From the NCBI GenBank assembly GCA_026129095.1, contig JAHCIT010000004.1:186001-250000 (forward strand): a stretch of DNA of 64,000 nucleotides. Direction: 5' to 3'. Below the pieces are notes generated by a model that did no database searches, was not told where the DNA came from, and saw nothing but the letters and a program-made list of their open reading frames with translations. Source of the DNA: Deltaproteobacteria bacterium (GTDB lineage Bacteria; JAGRBM01; JAHCIT01). Each line of letters begins with the position of its first letter. Within the stretch, counting starts at the first letter, position 1. Shown in pieces: positions 55,255-64,000 of this stretch. A program made the position numbers and the translations under genes.

Positions 55255-56295
55255 CTAGTAGCGGCCCAGAAACCGGACGTCGTTCTCGAAAAAGAGTCTC
55301 AGGTCGGGAATCCGGTATTTCAACATGGCGAGCCGCTCAATTCCGGTCCCGAATGCAAACCCCTGCACCTTTTCGGGGTCGTAGTTCACCGCCTTGAGGA
55401 CGTTGGGATCCACCATCCCCGCTCCCAGCACCTCAAGCCAGCCGGTGTGCTTGCAGACGCCACAGCCCTTGCCGCCGCAGAACACGCACTGGATGTCCAC
55501 TTCAGCCGATGGCTCGGTGAACGGGAAGAAGCTCGGCCGCAGGCGGACTTCCTGTTCCGGACCGAACAGTTCCCGGATAAACGCCCGCAGCACGCCCTTC
55601 AGGTCCGCAAAGGTGATCTGCTCGTCAATCCAGAGCACTTCCATCTGGTGAAACATGGGTGAATGGGTCTGGTCCGAATCACACCGGTAGACGCGACCGG
55701 TGCAGATCACCTTCACCGGCGGCTTGCGCTTGAGCATCGCCCGGATCTGGACCGGCGACGTGTGCGTGCGAAGCACCACGCCGGGAGCGACATAGAACGT
55801 GTCCTGCATGTCGCGGGCCGGATGGTCAGCGGGAAAGTTCAGAGCCTCGAAGTTGTAGTAGTCGAGCTCGACTTCCGGCCCGTCCACGACACTGAATCCC
55901 ATCCGGAGCAGGATATCGCGCACCTCGCGTTCCATCTGCGAAACGGGATGCATGCGGCCGAGCGGCACTCCCCGCGACGGCAAGGTGATGTCCAGCGATT
56001 CGGCGGCGAGTTTCTGGTCCAGTTCCGCGCTGTACAGTTCACGGCGGCGTGCTTCCATCGCGGCCGTGAGCTGTTCCTTGGCTGCATTGGCGGCCTTGCC
56101 CAGTTCGGCCCGCTCGGCGTCCGGCACGTTCCGGAGCGTGGCGAGGACATCCGAAACAAGGCCCTTCTTGCGGCCCAGATACCGGGTATCGATCTCCTGG
56201 AGCGCCGCGACAGAACCCGCCGAGGCAATCTCGGCAAGGCCCTGTTCGGTCACCGCCTTCAGACGGGAGGCCGGAGTGGCGTCGGGGGTGCCCAT
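55255..56295 (-). CDS. pheS: Phenylalanine-tRNA ligase alpha subunit
   Basis: HPARDMQDTF, RTHTS, FPFTEPS, GFAFG. Confidence 0.97.
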   Translation of the reverse strand: MGTPDATPASRLKAVTEQGLAEIASAGSVAALQEIDTRYLGRKKGLVSDVLATLRNVPDAERAELGKAANAAKEQLTAAMEARRRELYSAELDQKLAAESLDITLPSRGVPLGRMHPVSQMEREVRDILLRMGFSVVDGPEVELDYYNFEALNFPADHPARDMQDTFYVAPGVVLRTHTSPVQIRAMLKRKPPVKVICTGRVYRCDSDQTHSPMFHQMEVLWIDEQITFADLKGVLRAFIRELFGPEQEVRLRPSFFPFTEPSAEVDIQCVFCGGKGCGVCKHTGWLEVLGAGMVDPNVLKAVNYDPEKVQGFAFGTGIERLAMLKYRIPDLRLFFENDVRFLGRY

Positions 56296-56309
56296 CTGGC
56301 CGGGACTGC

Positions 56310-56663
56310 TCAGGCCGCGGCCTGTACCTGGTCAACCAGCGCCTTGAACCCCTGCGGGTTCTCAAGGGCGAGTTCCGCCAGCACCTTCCGGTCCAGTTCG
56401 ATGCCGGCCTTCTTCAGCGCGGCGATGAACTGGCTGTAGGACAGTCCGTGCTCGCGCACGGCGGCGTTGATCCGCTGGATCCACAGTCCGCGGAAGTCCC
56501 GCTTCTTCACCCGCCGGTCGCGGTAGGCGAACTTGCCGCCGCGGATAACCGAATCACGGGCGGTCTTGATCAGGCGGCGATGGCCGTGACGGCGGCCCTC
56601 GGCGAGGTTCAGTATCTTGTTGCGGCGGGCGCGGGCTTTCGTTCCACGTTTGGCTCGGGGCAT
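56310..56663 (-). CDS. rplT: 50S ribosomal protein L20
   Basis: [28 protein letters not shown]. Confidence 0.96.
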   Translation of the reverse strand: MPRAKRGTKARARRNKILNLAEGRRHGHRRLIKTARDSVIRGGKFAYRDRRVKKRDFRGLWIQRINAAVREHGLSYSQFIAALKKAGIELDRKVLAELALENPQGFKALVDQVQAAA

Positions 56664-56707
56664 GGTACAAACTCCTTAAGAAAGAATAAAAACCGATAAG
56701 ATACGGA

Positions 56708-56905
56708 TCAGCCGTTCGGAAGCATCCTGCTTGCACGGGCTTCATCCGCGCCGGAGACGTAGGCACGCTTCCGGTGGGCCCGCTTGGATTCCTGGCTCTT
56801 GCCAGCAAGCAGGTGCCGCGCATGGGCGTGCTTGAACTTGATCCGGCCGGACGGCTTCTTCTTGAGGCGCTTGGCCGCAGACTTGAGCGTCTTGATCTTG
56901 GGCAT
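56708..56905 (-). CDS. rpmI: 50S ribosomal protein L35
   Basis: MPKIKTLKSAAKR...RHLL...KR; AGGAG RBS. Confidence 0.93.
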   Translation of the reverse strand: MPKIKTLKSAAKRLKKKPSGRIKFKHAHARHLLAGKSQESKRAHRKRAYVSGADEARASRMLPNG

Positions 56906-57165
56906 GGGTTGTCGTCTCCTCTTTATAGCTTCCAGGGGCCCGTTTCGCCTGGCCTGACCAGCTCCGGAGACCCTTGGAAAGGCCTCTGGCCGGACGCCAG
57001 ACTCACGGGGGGAGTCCCGGTCGGACCGGGTGTATTCACGGGACCGGGGGTAAAAGTCAACCGCAATCCGGATGCCCTCCGGAAACCCCAAACCACGATA
57101 AAGACTCCGGTTCTTGGCCCCTCTGCACCCGTGGATTAACAGGAGAGTCGCGGAGGGTTTCCACC

Positions 57166-58221
57166 ATGTCAGAACCGGCCTGGATGATCTACGGCGCCAA
57201 CGGCTACACGGGGGCCCTGGCGGCCGAAATCGCCGTCAAACGGGGCAAACGGCCGGTTCTGGCGGGGCGGACTGCCGACCGGATCCGTCCTCTCGCCGAG
57301 CGTTTGAAGCTCGATTACCGGGCCTTCGGTCTCGACCGCCCGGAGGAGATCCGCAAGGGGCTCGACGGCATGGCGGCGGTCCTGCACTGCGCGGGTCCGT
57401 TTTCGGCGACGAGCCGCCCGATGGTGGATGGCTGTCTGGCGGCCGGGGTCCACTACCTCGACATCACGGGCGAGATCGAGGTTTTCGAGGCCATCGCCGC
57501 ACGTCATGAAGAGGCCAAGGCCGCGAAAGTGGCGCTGATGCCCGGAGTGGGCTTCGACGTCGTTCCGTCGGACTGTCTTGCCGCCTCGCTGCACCGGGCG
57601 CTTCCGGATGCCACCGAGCTGGAACTGGCCTTTGGAGGCTTCAACAGGATCAGCCCCGGCACCCTCAAGACGGTGGTCGAGGGAATCCCCCACGGCAGCA
57701 AGATCCGGAAAGACGGCAAAATTGTTTCCATCCCGACGGGATCGCGCACCCGGCCTCTCAGGCTGGGCGGCAAGTCATACACGGGGGTTTCCATCCCCTG
57801 GGGCGACGTCTCGACCGCCTACCAGTCCACGGGCATTCCGAACATCACGGTCTATGTGCCGGTACCGGCGCCGGTCATCGCGGGAATGAGGATTGGCCGC
57901 CCGTTTCTGCCACTGTTCGGGCGGCCAGCTGTCCAGCGGTTCCTGAAAAACCAGATCGAACGGCGCGTGACCGGGCCGGATGAAACCTACCGCCAGTCGG
58001 CGAAGGTTTACCTCTGGGGCTGCGTGAGAAACGCCTCCGGCAAGACCGTTGAGGGAACGCTGGAGATTTCCGAAGTATACCTCTTCACCGTGGACGCGGC
58101 CCTCGCCGCCACCGAACGGGTCGCCGCCGGCGAAGTGCCGGGCGGAGCCTGGACACCTTCAAAGGCGTTCGGCGCCGGTTTCATTACCCGGCTACCGGGC
58201 GCGAAACTGCAGATCGGATAG
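57166..58221 (+). CDS. Saccharopine dehydrogenase-like NAD(P)-binding oxidoreductase
   Basis: IYGANGYTG, HCAGPF, HYLDITGE, GFDVVPSD. Confidence 0.88.
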   Translation: MSEPAWMIYGANGYTGALAAEIAVKRGKRPVLAGRTADRIRPLAERLKLDYRAFGLDRPEEIRKGLDGMAAVLHCAGPFSATSRPMVDGCLAAGVHYLDITGEIEVFEAIAARHEEAKAAKVALMPGVGFDVVPSDCLAASLHRALPDATELELAFGGFNRISPGTLKTVVEGIPHGSKIRKDGKIVSIPTGSRTRPLRLGGKSYTGVSIPWGDVSTAYQSTGIPNITVYVPVPAPVIAGMRIGRPFLPLFGRPAVQRFLKNQIERRVTGPDETYRQSAKVYLWGCVRNASGKTVEGTLEISEVYLFTVDAALAATERVAAGEVPGGAWTPSKAFGAGFITRLPGAKLQIG

Positions 58222-58350
58222 GGACTGCCAGCGGCAGTTTCATGACCAGGTTTTCATCTTCGCACCGCCCTGCCCCGATGGACAAGTTTCGCCGGCAGCG
58301 GGTAGGCTTCGCGGACAACTCTCATTTCCCGCGAAAGGAAAATGTACACC

Positions 58351-58932
58351 ATGACGACCCGCACACGCTTTTTTCTGGCCACCGCCCTGGCTGCCGCCCT
58401 CCCGCTGGCCGGCGCAAGCTCCGCCAATGCCACCCACAAGATCGACCCCGTGCATACCTATGTGATGTTCAAGGTCCTGCACATCGGCGCCGCCTACAAC
58501 TGGGGGCGATTCAATGACATTTCCGGCTCGATCTCCCTGAACACGGAGAAACCCGAGGCCAGCGCCGTTGATTTCACCATCAAGCCGGCCAGCGTGGACA
58601 CCAACAATGCCAAGCGCGACGATCACCTGCGCGGGCCCGATTTCTTCCTCGCCAAGCAGTTCCCGAACGCCACCTTCAAGTCCAGGTCGGTGAAGAAGTC
58701 TGGTGACAAGACCTGGGATGTTTCCGGCGATCTCACGATCCGCGGTGTCACCAAGCCGCTGTCGTTCACCTTCACCGAGGTCGGCCGCGTGAAAAACCAG
58801 ACCGGCAAGGAAGTCGTGGGCGGCCACACCACCTTCACGATCAAGCGCAGCGACTTCGGGGTGAACTACGGTATCCCGAACATCGCCGACGAGGTGGAAC
58901 TGCACGTCTCGGTGGAAGCGATCGCGGAATAG
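58351..58932 (+). CDS. YceI-family periplasmic lipid-binding protein (start 58342 or 58351)
   Basis: Signal peptide, IDPVHT, GRF, RDDHLRGPDFF, GDLTIRGVTK, RSDFG. Confidence 0.92.
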   Translation: MTTRTRFFLATALAAALPLAGASSANATHKIDPVHTYVMFKVLHIGAAYNWGRFNDISGSISLNTEKPEASAVDFTIKPASVDTNNAKRDDHLRGPDFFLAKQFPNATFKSRSVKKSGDKTWDVSGDLTIRGVTKPLSFTFTEVGRVKNQTGKEVVGGHTTFTIKRSDFGVNYGIPNIADEVELHVSVEAIAE

Positions 58933-58938
58933 CACCCG

Positions 58939-59799
58939 TTGCTGGCCAGTGCCCTTATCTATGGAGTTTTCCTGCCCGCCGCACTGGCGGCGGCGGTCCT
59001 GCTCAGTTCGCTCCGGCAGCGGGAAGGCGGTGACCGGCGTGCGGCGTCGGCTTCCGCCCTCCCCGCCGCCGTGGGCCTGGGCTTCGTGGCCGGTTATGCG
59101 GGAATCTCCGGCGTGCCGAAGTTCCCGCCGGTCGTGACAGGCGAGTGGCTTCCGTTCATCGCCTTCGCAGCGACGGCCTTCGCCCTTGGGTTTGCCTTCT
59201 GGAAGCCCCCTGCATGGGTGCAGCTTCTCAAGAGCTTCCTGGTGCTCGCCGCCGTCCAGTGGCTGATGCTCCGGCCGCTCATGGAACACACCTGGGAAGG
59301 CGCGGCCGGCTGGCTGTGGCTTGCCGGAACGTCACTGGCGGGACTGGCATACGTGGAGGCCAGCGAGCGGATCGCCGCGAAAACGGCCGACCATTCGCTG
59401 CTCGCCGTGGCGGGCGCATCGGGCGCGCTTACCGCGGGCACCCTTGGACTCTCCGGCAGTGCGCTGCTGGCGCAGCTTATGGGTGTGCAAGCTGCTGTCT
59501 GCGGAGTCCTGTACCTGGTGACACTGAAAAAACCGGAACTCAATGCACGGTTCATGGCCCTTCCAGCTGGCGCCATCCTGCTGGCACTTGTGGCCAATGG
59601 CCATTTCTATTCGGAGTTTTCGCTGACAGGAGCCGCCCTCGTCATGGCCGCCCCCCTGCTGCCGCTCATCGCTGCATGGAAGCTCCCCGAATCGGTTTCC
59701 GGCTGGAAACGAAGCATTCTGCTCGGTACGCTGGGCGCAGTAACGCCCGCCGTCGCGGCACTGATGGCGGTCCAAACCCCGCCCGACGTCTACTACTGA
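58939..59799 (+). CDS. Hypothetical polytopic membrane protein
   Basis: About 9-10 hydrophobic segments; 6 bp downstream of the YceI gene. Confidence 0.6.
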   Translation: MLASALIYGVFLPAALAAAVLLSSLRQREGGDRRAASASALPAAVGLGFVAGYAGISGVPKFPPVVTGEWLPFIAFAATAFALGFAFWKPPAWVQLLKSFLVLAAVQWLMLRPLMEHTWEGAAGWLWLAGTSLAGLAYVEASERIAAKTADHSLLAVAGASGALTAGTLGLSGSALLAQLMGVQAAVCGVLYLVTLKKPELNARFMALPAGAILLALVANGHFYSEFSLTGAALVMAAPLLPLIAAWKLPESVSGWKRSILLGTLGAVTPAVAALMAVQTPPDVYY

Positions 59800-59804
59800 T
59801 GCCG

Positions 59805-61493
59805 TCAGGCCGTTGTCGCGCCTTCGGAAGCGGGGCGGACGGTGCGGGCATACTTGGCGAGAACGCCGCGCTTTACCTTCAGTTCCGGCTGCTTCCACGC
59901 CGCCCGGCGCTTTTCCAGTTCCGCATCTGAAAGATCAACGGCGAGGAGTTTCCGGACGGCGTCAATCGTCACCTTGTCGCCTTCCTTCAGCAGGCCGATC
60001 GGCCCGCCGGTCCAGGCTTCCGGCGTCACATGGCCCACCACGAGACCGTGCGAGGCGCCCGAGAACCGGCCATCCGTCAGCAGTCCCACCTTCTCGCCGA
60101 GCCCCTGCCCGACCAGCGCGGCCGTCACGGCAAGCATCTCGCGCATGCCGGGACCGCCCACCGGACCCTCGCCACGGATCACGATCACATCGCCCGCCCG
60201 GATCTGCTTCGCCTGTATGGCCGCAAAGCAGGCCTCCTCGCCCTCGAATACACGCGCCGGACCGGTGATCCGGCGGGCCTCCTCGGGCAGACCAGCAACC
60301 TTGGCCACCGCGCCGCCCGGCGCGAGGTTCCCGCGCAGGACCACCAGGTGTCCCGTCGGGTACATGGGGGCATCGAACGGCTTCACCACGTCCTGTTTCC
60401 GCTGGTAGATGCTGGCCACGCCTTTGAGGTTTTCCGCCAAGGTCCTGCCCGTCACGGTGAGACAGTCGCCGTGCAGCATCCCGCGGTCCAGCAGCGCCTT
60501 CAGGACGGCCGGAGTGCCGCCCACGCGGTGCAGGTCGTTCATCACGTACCGCCCGCCGGGCTTGAGGTCAGCCAGATGCGGCACCTTGTCCCCGAGGCGG
60601 TTCATGTCGTCGAGCGTCCACTCGACCTCGGCCTCATAGGCGATGGCGAGCAGGTGCAAAACGGCGTTGGTCGAGCCACCAAGCGCGAGCACCAGCGTAT
60701 AGGCGTTTTCGAGCGCCTTCTTCGTGACGATCTGGCGCGGGCGGATATCCTTCTCGATCAGGTTCACCAGCGCCTTGCCCGCAAGGAACGATTCGCGCTC
60801 CTTGCCTGCCGTCACGGCCGGCATGCTGGCGCTGTAGGGTAGCGACATCCCCATCGCCTCGATGGCGGAACTCATGGTGTTCGCCGTGTACATGCCGCCG
60901 CAGGCGCCCGGACCGGGACAGGCCTCGAACTCGATCCGGTCCACCTCGTCCGTGCTGAGGGTGCCCGCCTGCTGGCGGCCCACGGCCTCGAACACCGTGG
61001 CGATATCAATATCCGTCCCGTCGGCGCCCACGCCCGGCAGGATGCTGCCGCCATAGACGAAGATTGACGGCACGTTCATGCGGACCATCGCCATGAGACA
61101 GCCGGGCATATTCTTGTCGCACCCGCCGAAGGCGAGGATTCCGTCGTGGTTCATGCCGCCGGCGACCACCTCGATCGAATCGGCGATCACCTCGCGGGAA
61201 ACGAGACTGTACCGCATCCCGAGATGGCCCATCTGGATCCCGTCGGAGGCGGTCGGCGCGCCAAAAATCTGTGGCACTCCGCCCGCCGCCCGGATACCCT
61301 CGCTGGCTTTCCGGGCCAGGCGGTCCAGATGGTCGTTGCAGGGCGTGATCTGGCTGTAGAGCGAAGCGACCCCGATCATCGGGCGGCTGAAGTCGGTATC
61401 GAGGAAACCGACGCCCCGCAGCATGGCGCGATTCGGGGCGCGGGAGATCCCCTCGGTGGTCAGGCGGCTCCGGCGGTTCAGATCGTTCGGCAC
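59805..61493 (-). CDS. ilvD: Dihydroxy-acid dehydratase
   Basis: [42 protein letters not shown] start after AGGGAG. Confidence 0.96.
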   Translation of the reverse strand: MPNDLNRRSRLTTEGISRAPNRAMLRGVGFLDTDFSRPMIGVASLYSQITPCNDHLDRLARKASEGIRAAGGVPQIFGAPTASDGIQMGHLGMRYSLVSREVIADSIEVVAGGMNHDGILAFGGCDKNMPGCLMAMVRMNVPSIFVYGGSILPGVGADGTDIDIATVFEAVGRQQAGTLSTDEVDRIEFEACPGPGACGGMYTANTMSSAIEAMGMSLPYSASMPAVTAGKERESFLAGKALVNLIEKDIRPRQIVTKKALENAYTLVLALGGSTNAVLHLLAIAYEAEVEWTLDDMNRLGDKVPHLADLKPGGRYVMNDLHRVGGTPAVLKALLDRGMLHGDCLTVTGRTLAENLKGVASIYQRKQDVVKPFDAPMYPTGHLVVLRGNLAPGGAVAKVAGLPEEARRITGPARVFEGEEACFAAIQAKQIRAGDVIVIRGEGPVGGPGMREMLAVTAALVGQGLGEKVGLLTDGRFSGASHGLVVGHVTPEAWTGGPIGLLKEGDKVTIDAVRKLLAVDLSDAELEKRRAAWKQPELKVKRGVLAKYARTVRPASEGATTA

Positions 61494-61690
61494 GGCATAC
61501 TCCCTTGTAACTACAGGCAAATTGCTGCCCGGCGTGTGCATCTACACGGCACCGGGCCTTGCTGGCAACGGTCCCCGGCCAATGCCGGTCCCCATCATCT
61601 TGTAATAACAAAAGAAAATAGCCGGTTTAATTTGCCGGCTGCTGGAATTGGTGCTTGGATTATGATCCATATCAGCTTTCCGGAGGGGAA

Positions 61691-64000
61691 ATGCCAATCC
61701 AGAACGGACGCCAGCGCAAGCTGCTGGCCACCACCATCCTTTTCGCCACGCTCTTCTTTACCGGCTGTTCGTTTGCCGTGGTACCGCAGACCTGGCCCGC
61801 CATCATGGTCGCCATGGTGCTGGTGTTTGCGGCCGCCTGCGGAAACGGCACGACCTCCACGTCGACAGACGATGATGACGATGACCTGACCGGCTGCGGC
61901 CCCCGTCAGACCATCGTCGAGATCTTCGACAACGACGTGGACAACTGTATTGGTTTCCGGATCACCCTGAGCGGGGATAATGGCCTTGGACGGTCCGTTG
62001 CACCGGCCGGCGACATCAACGGCGACGGTTTCGACGACATCCTGATCGGACTCTCCCGCCGGGATCTGTCAAACGAAGGCCGTGGGTCTGCAGTGGTGCT
62101 GAAGGGAAAAGCGGGGCCGTTCAGCGATATCAGCCTCGACAGCCTGTCATCCGGCGACGGTTTCCGGATCGACGGCCAGGATGAAGCCGTATACGTCTAC
62201 GAAGGCGGGGCATACTACTGGGAATGGGATCAGGACCAGCGGTTCGGACGGGCACTGGCGGGCGGCACCGACTTCAACGGCGACGGCTTCGCCGACATGA
62301 TATTCGGATCGCACCTTACCCGGTGGGGGTATTATTACGAATGGACCGGAGAAGGGGCCTTCACCGAAGGCTATGACAATTATGACAATGGCCGCGGGTA
62401 CATCCTGTTCGGCCGGGAAACGGACTTCTCCCATCCCCTGCCATTTACCAGCTTCGATTTCGGTGAAGGTGGTGGCCTTGTGGTCCGGGGCAGCCAGGAA
62501 GACGGGCTTTTTGGCTTTTCGGCGGCCTCCTCATGGGACATGAACGGCGACGGGTTTGCCGAAGCCCTGTTTGGTTCACATTCCTACCAGACCCAAGCTG
62601 AAGGCACCTATCACGGGCTTGCCTGGATTGCCCGTGGCACCGATAGCCATACCGGCGGGTTTGAATCCGGTGACATTGGCGGAGAGGGTCTCCCCGGTAA
62701 CCGGATATCCCACCCAGGAAATTCGGGATACGGATTCGGGTTTGCGCTCGCCGGAAGCGGCGATGTGAACGGCGATGGATACGCCGACATTGCTGTTTCC
62801 AATCCCTGGCTGCACATCGAGGGCGATAACTCCGGACGGGCCTACGTCGTGACCGGCAGCCCCGTCATGAACGACAATAACAACCGGGTGCCATCAATCG
62901 CTTTGTCTGCCGATGGCTATGGATGGTATTTGGGCCACAGCGTGGCGTTCGCCGACGTGAACGGCGACGGGTACAGCGACCTGATCGTTGGCGTACCGGC
63001 CTTTGGGGTCGAGGGCGAAGGCTCGGAAGGCATCGTGGCAGTACGGTTTGGATACAGCGGATACAGTGAGGGGTTCCCATATAACCAGTCCTTGGGAAGC
63101 CTGAACGGGTCCAACGGTTTCATGCTGTTTGGCAGTGCCGCCAACGATGGAACCGGAAGGTCCGTCGCCGGTATCGGCGATTTCAACGGGGATGGCTTCG
63201 ACGACATTCTCATCGGGGCTCCGTTTGCAGACCCGACTACCGGCGATATCGAAGGGATCAACAGCGCCGGAAAGGCCTATATCGTTTTCGGCAAGGCTGA
63301 CTGGACAGCCGATGGCGGCACGATGTCACTCAGCACGCTGAACGGCATGAACGGTATCACCGTTAGCGGAACACTGGCGGGCAGCATGCTCGGCTACTCG
63401 GTTGCCGCCGGCGGCGACATCAACGGCGACGGTTTCGCGGACGTCCTGATCGGCTCACTCGGCTATTACGGGGACGGGAAACAGGTACTGGTCCTGTTTG
63501 GCGGCGACGTGACCGGCAGCGTAACGGCTGAAGGCACAGCAGCCGGTGATACCCTGTCCGTGTCGGGTGGCGGCGCCGCCGTGGGAGGCCGCGGGAACGA
63601 CATCATCACCGCTACCGGCGAGGGAAATACGCTGATCGGCGGCGCTGGCCATGACCTGTTCGAAGTCAGCGAGCCGTATTTCCAGAAGGTGGACGGCGGC
63701 TCCGGCTTTGACGTCCTTCGCTTCACCCAAAGCGGCTACACGATCAGAACGGGCAAAGGCTGGTGGTCGAATAACCGCAACGCCGGGCTGGATATCCGGA
63801 ATATCGAGGCGATCGACCTTGGCGGAACAGGTGAAGGGAATGCTCTCCAATTGTCCCGCGGAGCGATCTCGCTCATGTCCACCACATCGTCGTCTCTGTA
63901 TATTCTTGGTGGAACGAACGATTACGCCTGTACCTATGGCACCTCATGGAGCATGGGAGATGGCCAGTCGATCGATATTGGTGGCGATACCATCCAGTTC
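61691..64000 (+). CDS. FG-GAP/integrin-alpha repeat protein with RTX-like Ca-binding repeats; truncated by the window end
   Basis: GGAGG RBS and ATG at 61691; frame stays open to 64000, which is why it is absent from the ORF track. Seven DxNGDG(F/Y)x(D/E) repeats, then GGRGND, GGAGHD and GGSGFD. Confidence 0.85.
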   Translation, partial: MPIQNGRQRKLLATTILFATLFFTGCSFAVVPQTWPAIMVAMVLVFAAACGNGTTSTSTDDDDDDLTGCGPRQTIVEIFDNDVDNCIGFRITLSGDNGLGRSVAPAGDINGDGFDDILIGLSRRDLSNEGRGSAVVLKGKAGPFSDISLDSLSSGDGFRIDGQDEAVYVYEGGAYYWEWDQDQRFGRALAGGTDFNGDGFADMIFGSHLTRWGYYYEWTGEGAFTEGYDNYDNGRGYILFGRETDFSHPLPFTSFDFGEGGGLVVRGSQEDGLFGFSAASSWDMNGDGFAEALFGSHSYQTQAEGTYHGLAWIARGTDSHTGGFESGDIGGEGLPGNRISHPGNSGYGFGFALAGSGDVNGDGYADIAVSNPWLHIEGDNSGRAYVVTGSPVMNDNNNRVPSIALSADGYGWYLGHSVAFADVNGDGYSDLIVGVPAFGVEGEGSEGIVAVRFGYSGYSEGFPYNQSLGSLNGSNGFMLFGSAANDGTGRSVAGIGDFNGDGFDDILIGAPFADPTTGDIEGINSAGKAYIVFGKADWTADGGTMSLSTLNGMNGITVSGTLAGSMLGYSVAAGGDINGDGFADVLIGSLGYYGDGKQVLVLFGGDVTGSVTAEGTAAGDTLSVSGGGAAVGGRGNDIITATGEGNTLIGGAGHDLFEVSEPYFQKVDGGSGFDVLRFTQSGYTIRTGKGWWSNNRNAGLDIRNIEAIDLGGTGEGNALQLSRGAISLMSTTSSSLYILGGTNDYACTYGTSWSMGDGQSIDIGGDTIQF

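Overview
A GC-rich bacterial chromosomal window. Gene content (SofG/MglA-type GTPase, SgmX-like TPR protein, single-domain PilZ protein, sigma-54 two-component pair, paired ArsA ATPases) suggests a deltaproteobacterial or Myxococcota-related lineage; this is inference. The left ~3.8 kb is the edge of a lower-GC defence island: the 3' end of a type III R-M methyltransferase, a full Res subunit and a RelE/HigB-type toxin-antitoxin pair. The TA pair is bracketed by a 78-bp direct repeat that duplicates the 3' end of an adjacent stand-alone JAB/MPN metalloprotease gene. The rest is mostly core genome: a Tat-exported superoxide-reductase-like lipoprotein, signalling genes, lipid-related genes (ABC1 kinase, Ser-type PhaC-like hydrolase, two ArsA ATPases, SDR plus acyltransferase, a catalytically degenerate LipB), PBP1A, proteases, alaC-hom, a TPR/ExeA pair, the rpmI-rplT-pheS-pheT-ihfA-tRNA-Pro-surE-M23 block, ilvD, and a FG-GAP/RTX protein running off the right end. 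No CRISPR array, rRNA, integrase or transposase was seen. All protein calls rest on motif recognition by eye, not database searches.
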